Assembly: GCA_963724765.1 (NCBI GenBank)
Contig: CAVRVY010000004.1
Coordinates: forward strand, 736,001 to 800,000
DNA: 64,000 bases
Reading direction: 5' to 3'
Source of the DNA: an uncultured delta proteobacterium
Lineage (GTDB): Bacteria; Desulfobacterota; Binatia; Binatales; Binataceae
Every line of letters begins with the position of its first letter. Position 1 is the stretch's first letter. Under the pieces are notes generated by a model. The model worked only from the letters and a program-made list of their open reading frames with translations. It was not told where the DNA came from and ran no database searches. Made by a program: the position numbers and the translations under genes. Below are positions 10,751 to 20,600 of the stretch, one piece after another.

Positions 10751-11033
10751 TTGACGATCCTTGCGATGCAGTCTTCTTTCCGGCGTGAAACCTGTCCGCG
10801 CAATAACGCCGCAGGCAACCCCTGGACGGTTACCTCCGCCGGCCCCTGCGCGTAGCAGCTACCACAACATAAAATCGAGAGTCGCACCACATTTACTCGG
10901 TGCAACCGCGTGGATGCTCTCTTATGACGCGCAGTTCAGGTCGAGCGCGAAAATTTTAGCTCAGACGAACGGGTAACGGACAATCGCGATTCGGGCGCCG
11001 CGAACGGCAGGCCGATCTGCGCATTCGAGAGTC

Positions 11034-11660
11034 TCAATGAGCGGGCGACGAGCCGCACGGCAGTTGATGGACCGCCGCGTATCGGTAGGTGCGGCCATTC
11101 CAATCGAAGGTCCCAGTGTTCTGTCCGAAATTCTGGTTGAGAGCGTCGACCTCCGCATGCTCCGTCGGATTGCGAACCTCGGTCGGCGCGTAGGCAAGGT
11201 AAGTGATCGACCTCGGAACCAGCTCGTTTTGAAGGGGCGGCTGGAAGTTCATCGTGGTGAAGTTGCCCGCCAGCCTCCAGCCATTGTTCTCCGACTGGCT
11301 CACAATGGCGGTCACATGCGGGTCGGACTGCGGGCCTATCGGCGTCATTGGCCGATACAGAGTGGTGCCCAGTTTGTCGGTTCGAAGCTCAATCAGCGGC
11401 GGCAGCTGACGACCTCCCGTGTCGCAAATTTCATCGTCCTGCGCAGTTGCTCCTTTGGATTTCGTGGCGGAGGCGACACCCGAGCCAGCCGCTCGTACCA
11501 ACTGCACCGCCACCGGCGCCAGCGCGAACGCGGCCATAAAGCATCCGCCAGTGCCCGTTCCCAACGCGGCCAACCCGCAAAACAGGGCGACCTTCGTAAC
11601 CAGCGATCTGCCATGGAAACCGCAATGGCCGCCACGGAACGTCTGGCGAGATGGATTCAA
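11034..11660 (-). CDS. hypothetical protein, possible lipoprotein
   Basis: 208-aa ORF with a hydrophobic stretch ending TGGC; no family recognised. Confidence 0.55.
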   Translation of the reverse strand: MNPSRQTFRGGHCGFHGRSLVTKVALFCGLAALGTGTGGCFMAAFALAPVAVQLVRAAGSGVASATKSKGATAQDDEICDTGGRQLPPLIELRTDKLGTTLYRPMTPIGPQSDPHVTAIVSQSENNGWRLAGNFTTMNFQPPLQNELVPRSITYLAYAPTEVRNPTEHAEVDALNQNFGQNTGTFDWNGRTYRYAAVHQLPCGSSPAH

Positions 11661-12036
11661 ATGGATGTCGTCCGTTTCGCTGTGTCAAATCCGACGACAG
11701 CTTGGCAAACTGTCGAGCCAGTTGTTCGCAGAGCAAGGAGCGTACCACATTACGGAAGACCCCCAATCGCGAGGTCGCTGCCTGTGACGAACCGCTATAC
11801 TTGACGAAATTTCCAAGATCCGAGCCGTATCTCAACGCCCGGATAATCCGTTCTCGAAACTTGAAGTAAGTTTTCCAAATCTGTTCGCGCCGACGGGTAT
11901 AAATGACCGGGCGTTTTTCTTAGCCACGGGGCGTTCAGAATCTCCACTTTGGCTGGCGCTCCGCGCTTTGGCGCCTTACCAAGCTGGACTTGGGCAATTC
12001 GCGAACCTGACCACCCGCGCCATCACCTTTCTCTTT

Positions 12037-13722
12037 TTATGATCGCGGCCCGCCGAGCCCGCCACCGCCAGTTGGCGGCGGGCCCGTAAGAGCCGCACTC
12101 ACGATCGTCTGAGCCTCCTCCACAATGCGACTCAGATGCTCCGCGCTCCGAAAGCTTTCCGCATAAATCTTGTAGATTTCCTCCGTCCCGGACGGACGCG
12201 CCGCAAACCATCCGCTTTCCGCAATCACCTTCATGCCGCCAATGGATGCACCGTTGCCCGGCGCGCGGGTGAGGATGGCGTGGATTTTTTCGCCAGCCAG
12301 GTCTGCGGACCGCACCTGCTGCGGCGAAAGTCTCCCCAGCATTTCCTTCTGCGCTGCGGTGGCCGGCGCTTCAACCCGATCGTAAAACGGCTCACCAAAC
12401 TCGCGCGTCAGTTCGCGATAGATCTCTCCGGGATCGCGGTTCATCCGCGCCGTGATCTCCGCCGCCAGCAAAGCCGGGACGATTCCATCCTTGTCCGTCG
12501 TCCAGACGCTGCCATCAACACGGATGAAAGAAGCCCCCGCGCTCTCCTCGCCGCCAAAGCCAAGCGAACCATCGCCCAGGCCATCCACAAACCACTTGAA
12601 GCCGACAGGTACCTCGTAGAGCTTGCGGCCAAGCTTCGCAGTGACCCTATCGATCATCGCGCTGCTTACCACCGTCTTACCAACTGCCGCCGACTTGCCC
12701 CACTTCGGCCGGTGTTGGAAGAGGTAGAAGATGGCGACAGAAAGGTAATGATTGGGCGCCAACAAACCCGCGCTCCGCGTGACTATTCCGTGGCGGTCAT
12801 GATCCGTATCGCAAGCGAAGGCAATCTCGAAGCGATCTTTAAGGCCGATCAGCCGCCGCATGGCGTAGGGCGACGAAGGGTCCATGCGAATCTGACCGTC
12901 CCAATCAAGCGTCATGAAACGGAAGGTAGGATCGACGGTATCGCTGACGACTGTCAGGTTCAGCCCGTAACGTTCGGCGATGGGTTTCCAGTAATGAACT
13001 CCGGCGCCGCCAAGCGGATCAACCCCGAGGCTGATCTTCGAGCCACGAATCGCTTCCATGTCGATTACGTTGCCGAGATCGCTGACATAGCTATTGAGGT
13101 AATCGTGCCGGTGCGTGGTCGAGGCGTGAAGCGCCCTTTCATAGGGGACTCGCTTCACGCTTTTAAGTCCGGCTTCGAGCAACTCGTTCGCTTTTGCCTC
13201 GATCCAGCCGGTGATACCGGTCTCGGCCGGACCACCGTTCGGCGGGTTGTACTTGAAGCCGCCGTCATGCGGTGGATTGTGCGAGGGTGTGATTACGATG
13301 CCATCGGCGAGCCCGGTCTTGCGCCCGCGATTGTATGTGAGAATCGCGTGTGAGATGGCCGGGGTCGGGGTATATTCATCGCACTGCGCGAGCATCACTT
13401 CCACCCCGTTGGCGGCTAGCACTTCCAGCGCGCTGGCGAGCGCGGGCACGGAGAGCGCGTGCGTGTCCATACCCAGAAACAGTGGGCCGTCGATTTGTTG
13501 CTGCCGGCGATAGAAACAGATCGCCTGGCTGATGGCCAGGATATGCCGTTCGTTGAAAGCCCTTTGGAGTGAAGAACCACGATGGCCGGAGGTGCCGAAG
13601 GCCACACGCTCCGCGGGCACCGAGGGGTCGGGCAGTTCCGCATAGTAAGCCGTGATTAGCCTCGACACGTTAACCAGCAGGGATTGGTCGGGCGGGGTTC
13701 CTGCAAGAGGACTGACTTTCAT
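12037..13722 (-). CDS. pgm: phosphoglucomutase
   Basis: FGTSGHRG, catalytic TPSHNP, metal loop [15 protein letters not shown] and RPSGTE. Confidence 0.96.
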   Translation of the reverse strand: MKVSPLAGTPPDQSLLVNVSRLITAYYAELPDPSVPAERVAFGTSGHRGSSLQRAFNERHILAISQAICFYRRQQQIDGPLFLGMDTHALSVPALASALEVLAANGVEVMLAQCDEYTPTPAISHAILTYNRGRKTGLADGIVITPSHNPPHDGGFKYNPPNGGPAETGITGWIEAKANELLEAGLKSVKRVPYERALHASTTHRHDYLNSYVSDLGNVIDMEAIRGSKISLGVDPLGGAGVHYWKPIAERYGLNLTVVSDTVDPTFRFMTLDWDGQIRMDPSSPYAMRRLIGLKDRFEIAFACDTDHDRHGIVTRSAGLLAPNHYLSVAIFYLFQHRPKWGKSAAVGKTVVSSAMIDRVTAKLGRKLYEVPVGFKWFVDGLGDGSLGFGGEESAGASFIRVDGSVWTTDKDGIVPALLAAEITARMNRDPGEIYRELTREFGEPFYDRVEAPATAAQKEMLGRLSPQQVRSADLAGEKIHAILTRAPGNGASIGGMKVIAESGWFAARPSGTEEIYKIYAESFRSAEHLSRIVEEAQTIVSAALTGPPPTGGGGLGGPRS

Positions 13723-13775
13723 GGTGTTCTGTCCAATCTCCGCAATCGTTCTTTAAACTAAGTTACTCACACGTC

Positions 13776-14623
13776 TTACTTCACGCCCTTTTTCCGAGCC
13801 TTCACCGTCTGGTGATATTTCCTGCGGATGTCGGCAAGGTTCACGGTCGGCTCTGGAAGCTCGACGGCGAATTTGTCCATCGTCTCGACGATAATCTGCG
13901 AGATGGCGAGATCGCGGAACCATTTGTGATCGAAAGGAATCACGAACCACGGCGCATCCTCGGTGCTGCATTTGCCGAGCACGTCGTCGTAGGCCGCGTC
14001 GTAGCTGGCCCAGTATTCTCTCTCCGAATAATCCGCCTCGCTGATTTTCCAGCGCCGCGCGGAATCGTCGAGCCGCTGCTTGAAGCGCCGCAGTTGCTCT
14101 TGCTTGCTGATATGCAGGTAGAATTTCAAAATGTGCGTGCCGCTCGCGGCCAGGCGCCGCTCGAAATCGTTGATCTGTTCGTAGCGCTTCGACCAGACTT
14201 TTTTCGCAACCAGATCTGAACGCGCACCACGAGCACATCCTCGTAGTGTGAGCGATTGAAAATCACCACCTCGCCGCGCCTGGGAGTCTGGTTTTCGATT
14301 CGCCACAAAAAGTCGTGCGCGAGTTCCTCCGCTGACGGCTGCTTGAAGCCGACCACGCGGCAGCCTTGCGGATTCATCGAGCCGATGCCCTGCCGGACGA
14401 CGCCGTCCTTGCCACCGGCGTCGGGAGCCTGAAGACAAATCAGCAGCGAGCTCTTCTGTTCGGCATAGAGCCGAAACTGCGACTCACCCATCCGCTGTCG
14501 GTACTTTTCGATCTTCCGAAGAGCGGATTTTTTGGTTTCGTGCGGGTCTACAAACTGCGAATCGAAGTCTTTGAGACCGACGTGGATTCCAGGCGCGACG
14601 CGAAGTTGCTTGCGGTAGTTCAT
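13776..14623 (-). pseudogene. ppk2: polyphosphate kinase 2 (PPK2, class III-like), split by a 1-bp frameshift
   Basis: N-half has DAGGKDG, FKQPS, HDFLWR and FNRSHYEDVLVVRV; C-half has LKFYLHISK, WKIS and APWFVIP. One base missing at ~14216/14217 restores VRVHDLV. Confidence 0.85.
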
Positions 14624-14653
14624 GCGCTCTGGACTGGCCGGAATCTTTCCCGA

Positions 14654-17600
14654 TCACTTTATCAGCATTTCCGGAAACACTTGCCGCTCTTCACTCCGCG
14701 AGCGAACGGCCACCCGAACATAATGCGTAGCGCCATCATCCATCAACAACAGCCGCCCTCCAGCTCCCGGTAGCGCGATGCCGTCGAGCGTTATCTCGGA
14801 TACACCGCGGTTGACGCGGTCCGGGTTGTCCACGACGATTTTATAGGTCGCGCTGTGGTATCGGAAAACCACCTCGAAGCCCGGCCACGCTCTGGGTATG
14901 CATGGATCGATGAACAGGGTCGCGCCGCGCAGACGGAATCCCAGAATCTCCTCGAGCCCGGCGCGGTACATCCATCCCGCCGAACCGGTGTACCAAGTCC
15001 ATCCTCCCCGACCGACATGCTGCGGATTGGAGTATATGTCGGCGCTCATGACGTATGGTTCAACCTTATAGCGCTGGATGCCGGCGCGGGTGCTCGAGTG
15101 ATTGACGGGGTTCAGCATCGAGAAAAGCTCACAAGCTTCGTCTCCATCGCCCAGCATGGTCAGGGCGATCACTGACCACACCGCACCATGTGTGTATTGT
15201 CCGCCATTCTCGCGCACACCGGGTGGATACCCTCTGATATATCCGGGATCGGGCGCATCCCTACTGAACGGAGGAGTAAAGAGCAACGCCAGTTTTTCAT
15301 TGCGGCGGATGAGGTATTTAGCCGCCGCTGCCATCGCAGCCGCCGCTCGAGCTGGATCCGCAGCTTTAGAAATTATCCCCCACGACTGCGCGATCGAATC
15401 GATCCGGCACTCGGCCTCCGCACTCGAGCCAAGCGGCGTTCCGTCATCGAAGTAACCACGCCGATACCATCCACCGTCCCATCCGTGGCGCTCCAGGGAT
15501 TCGCGCAGAGACGACGCGTGCTTTCGCCATGTGGCGGCGCGGACTTCCTCTCCACGATCCACCGCGAGCGCCGAGAACGCGACCAGGGCGGCGTACAGGA
15601 ACCATCCCAACCAGATGCTTTCGCCCCTGCCGAGTTCGCCCACCCGGTTCATGCCATCGTTCCAGTCTCCGGTGCCAAACAGCGGCAAGCCGTGCTCGCC
15701 GACCGCAAGACTCGCGTCGAGGGCTCGGGCGCAATGCTCGAACAGTGTAGCGCGCTCCTCCGAGTCCATGGGTTGGAAAAAGGATTCATTTTCGCCCGGA
15801 TGCAGGATCGGACCGTCCAGGAATGGAATCGGCGCGTCGAGAATCCCGCGATCGCCGGTCACGTCCACGTAATGCGCCGCAACGTAGGGCAGCCAAACGC
15901 GATCATCGGAGATCCGTGTGCGAACTCCCCGGCCCAAGGCCGGAAGCCACCAATGCTGAACGTCGCCCTCCACGAACTGGCGCGCCGCGGCGCGCAGCAG
16001 ATGCTCCCGCACCAGCGCGGGTTTCGCGACAGTCAGCGCCATCACGTCCTGAAGCTGATCGCGAAAGCCATAGGCGCCGCTCGCCTGATAAAATGCCGAT
16101 CGCGCCCAAAGCCGGCAAGCGAGCGTCTGATAAAGCAGCCAACGGTTCAGCAGCAGATCCATCGAACGATCCGGTGTTTTCACCTGAACCGTGCCGAGGA
16201 TCTCGTCCCAATGGTCGGTTACGGCGCGCAGCACGGAATCCAGGTCAGCGGTGCGATAGCGGCCGATCAATGAAAGCGCTTCCGCTCTGGTATCCGCTTG
16301 GCCCAGGAAGAATACGACCTCGGCGGCCGAGCCCGGCTTGAGTTCGACGCGGGTTTGAAGAGCGCCGCAAGGATCCAGACCCGCGCCAACTCGATTTGAA
16401 AGCGGCTTACCATCGGCGAGCGCGGCCGGCTGTCCGAGAGTTCCGTTGCGTCCGAGAAATTTCGTCCGGTCGCCCGTCCAGCTCAACTGGCACCCCGCGA
16501 GATCCGCGAATGCGACGCGCTGACCGAAGTCGTTGCTCCATGGATTGCGCGCGAGCAGCGCTTTGGTCGGCGAATCCACTTCTGTGACAATGAAGGAGGC
16601 GCTAGCGCCGCGCAAAGTCCCGAGTACCCACTCCACGTAAGCCGTGATCGAGAGGCGCCGCGGTCGTCCAGAGAGATTTCGGATTTTCAGGCGCGAAATC
16701 TTGATCGGATCTTCCAGCGGCACGAACTGTTCGAGCTCGAGCGCGATGCCGTGCGCGTTATGTTCGAAGCGGCTGTAGCCCTGGCCGTGGCGGGCGACGT
16801 ATGCCGACTTCTCGCGAATCGGCAGGGCGGTCGGACCCCACAGTTCGCCGCTATCCTCGTCGCGAACGTAGATCACCTCTCCGGGCCGGTCACTGACCGG
16901 ATCGTTCGACCACTGCGTGAGCTGGTTTTCGTGACTATTGATAGACCAGGTGTAGCCCGACCCGGCCGCCGAGACCTGGAATCCAAAAGATGGATTGGCG
17001 ATCACATTGATCCACGGCGCCGGCGTCGACTGCTTTTCGCCGAGAACCGTTACATATTCGTGTCCATCGGCGGCGAAGCCACCGATGCCATTGAAGAACT
17101 CGAGCGCCAATCGCCGCGCGGAAGGTTGCGGCAACTCATCCGCTCTCGCGGGAGAATGCCTGGGGCCCGGCCCCGCGATGAGTCTGGAGGCCTCCAGGCG
17201 TCCGAACTGTTCGGATAAGCTTCCTCGGCGGCTGACCAGCACCACCCGAGCGGCGTACTGTAAAAGGTTGCGCGTCTCGACGGAAAGCAGGTTAGCGGAG
17301 AGAACGAAAATCGCGCCTTTTGGACCCTCTCCCGTGGAAGGGCTTCGTGACTGGTTCGATCGAACCATCGTCTCAAGTGCGCCGTGCAGATCCTGAACAT
17401 AAGACGAAGGACTTTCATTAACAATCACGAGGTCCACGGCGAGATGTTTCATCTGCAAATACTCGTGAGCGCGCACGAGTTGCCTGACGATCTCAATGTC
17501 CTCGGCTTCATCGGTTCTCATCAGAACTATCGGAAGGTCGCCGGAAATCCCGAGCGCCCAGAGTTTTGACTGCGGGCTGTCGCTACGCTTGAGCATATCG

Positions 17601-20600
17601 GACGACGGCCGAAGCGTGGGATCGGAGTAGAGAATGTGGCTGGCGAGGCGCTGGAACAGATGGGCCTCCTCCGGACGAACGCCCAGGTGCAACAGCTGCG
17701 CCTGGGCCTGGGTCCAGGCGAGCGTAACCGCACGGTCGAAAGCGGAGGAATCGAGATGCTTGTCGGCGAGGTCGAGCGCCTCGGTTCGCGACGATGCCGC
17801 CAAGGTCCAGAACGCCACGCGCGCGGTCGCACCCGGTGCGATTCGCATCCGCACCCGCAGACTGAATATCGGATCGAGTACGTCGCCCACAGTATTTGAG
17901 AGCGGTCCGCGATCCACGAGGCAGGCGGGCTCGCGAATTCCGCGTCCCTGCCCAAGGAAGCGCGCCCGGTCGGTTTCGAACTGCAGAGTGCCGGCATTGT
18001 CACCTTCCACGACCGCAAGATGCGCTGCCCAGACCTGGGGCTCACCGGGCGATCGCGGCCGGCGGGTGGCGAGCAGGGCGCCGGCGTCGGGAATGAATTC
18101 GGTTCGAACAAAAAGCTTGGAGAAGGCGGGATGCGCGGCGTCAGCGGCGCAAGAGTCCAACACCACTTCGGCATAGGATGTGACTTCGATCTCGCGCGCG
18201 CGAATGCCGTGATTCGCGATGGAGACACGGCGAACTTCCGCGTCGGCCTCGGGAGAAACCGCCACTTCGAGCTTGGTCGTGACCGAGCCGTCGCGCCTGG
18301 TTATCTCGGCGCGGTCTTCGGAAAACGCGACCCCGTAGCGATCCGGCTCGGCTCCGCTGGGCTGGTATCCCGCCGACCACACCTGGCCGCTGTGCACGTC
18401 ACGCAGGAACACGTAGCTGCCCCACGAGTCGCAGGTGACATCTTCGCGCCATCGCGTGATCGCGAGGTCTCGCCAACGGCTGTACCCGGAGCCGGCCGCG
18501 GTCAGCATCACGGCATATCTGCCGTTGGAGAGCAGATGCGTGCACGGTACCGGATTATGCGGGGAATGGAACCGGCGCATGCGCGGCACCGCTAACTCTC
18601 GAACGTTGCCTGCCGCCTTCACTTCGTCAGCGCGCGGGAACGCGACAGCGATTTCGCGGGGGACGCGCTCCTGCAGCAGAAGCTCGGTGGCCTGAATGAT
18701 CGGCTCGGCGTGAAAGCGGGCGCGCATCGCGCCTTGGCAGAGCGTATCGGCGATCGCCACCAGGGTCATACCCTGATGATGCGCCAAGAAGGCGCGCACG
18801 ATCGCGACCTTCTCGCCCTCGGGAATCCGCGCCGGCGTATAGTCCAGCGCTTCATAGTATCCATAGCGGCCGCGCCCGCCGGCTGCGGCGAGACGTGAGA
18901 AGTTTCGCACCGCCGCCTCAGCGTCAATCATAGCCGCCAGGCCGGTCGCGTATGGAGCAATGACGACATTCTCGCCAAGGCCGCGCTTGAGCCCCAGGCC
19001 GGGAACGCCGAAGTTCGAGTACTGATACGTGAAATTCAAGTCGCGCGCGTTGAATGCCGATTCCGAGATGCCCCACGGCACATCCAGCTCCGCTCCGTAT
19101 TCGATCTGCCGGCGCACGACCGCTCGCGCGGTATGCCCGAGCAAGCTGTCGGCGGGCTCGCGCACCACGAGCAGCGGCATCACGTATTCGAACATCGATC
19201 CGGACCACGAGATCAGCGCTGAACCGCCGCCGATCACCGTCACATCGCGGCCGAGCCGAAACCAATGCTTCACCGGCAGGTCGCCCTTGGCGATCGCGAC
19301 GAAGCTCGCGAGCCGCGCCTCCGACGCGAGCAGGTCGTAGCAGTTCGGATCCAGACTGTTCTGGTCGACACAGTATCCGATGGAAAGCAGTTGTCGCGTG
19401 GCATTGTACAGAAATCCAAAATCCATCGCCGCGAACATTTCTCCGGCGACTTCGATTACTGCCTGCAGAGCTTGCTCCGATGATTCAGCCGGAGAGGCCA
19501 GACCGCCGATATCGCGCTGATGGCTTCGAATGGTCGAGCTGATTGATTCAGCCCAGGCTAGTAGCTCACCGACGGCGGTGTCGCCGAGTTCCGTCGCCAT
19601 CCTTCGCGCCATATCGACGACGGTTTCGGCGTGAGGTGCGAGTTTCGCCAGAGTTGCCTGAGCCGTCTCCCGAGTTATCGCGCATCGTTCCGCAGGCGGG
19701 GGAAACGATGCGGCCAGAGAATCGAGCGCTCGTTGGAGTTCTCGTCGGGCGAGTTCCTGTCCAGGCGCGGTGCGGCCTCGCGGTTGATCGAGCGCACGGG
19801 CCGCTTCGCGGGCAAGTTGGAGCGCGTCGTCAATTCCCGCCAACAGCACCGGAGCGGCGATCGGAGAGGCCAGCATTTCGCGGCACGCGCTTCGCACCGC
19901 GATCAGGTGTCCCGCGAGATTTCCGCTATCCACTGAAGAAACGTATTTTGGCTCCAGCGGATGCAGGTCGCGAGTGTCGTACCAGTTATAGAAGTGGCCG
20001 CGAAATCGCTCGAGCCCATTCATCGTGGATAACGTAGCTTCCAGCCGGTGCACCGCGTCCGCCGTGCCAATCCATCCGAAATCGCGCGCCGCGATCACCG
20101 AGAGCAGGTACAGTCCGAGATTCGTCGGTGACGTGCGATGCGCGGTCACCGGCTGGGGGTCTTCCTGAAAATTGTCGGGCGCAAGCATATGGTCTTCCGC
20201 CGTAACGAAGGTCTCGAAGAAGCGCCACGTGCGCCGCCCTACAAGTCGAAGTGCTCGCGCGCCCGTTTCCGACAGCGGATTGGGACCCTCGGCCGAGGGC
20301 GGAAGACTCGCCCATCGCGCGACGGCAGGCGACAGTAGCCATAAGACAATAAACGGCGCCGCGACGGGCCATACGCGCGGTCCCGCGAATTCGACAACGC
20401 CATCCGCCAAAACGGCGAGCAGGATGCCGCCGGCCATCTGCCGGTAAAAGCCGGGAAGATCAAGCCGCTCGCTGAGGCTTGACTGCGCAGCAGTAACCCA
20501 TTCGAGCATATGGCAGTGCGTAACCAGCAGTCGAAATAGCGTCCGGATGATCGCATCGGTCATTAGCCACGCCTGATGCGCGAGGAAGGTGATGCGGAAA

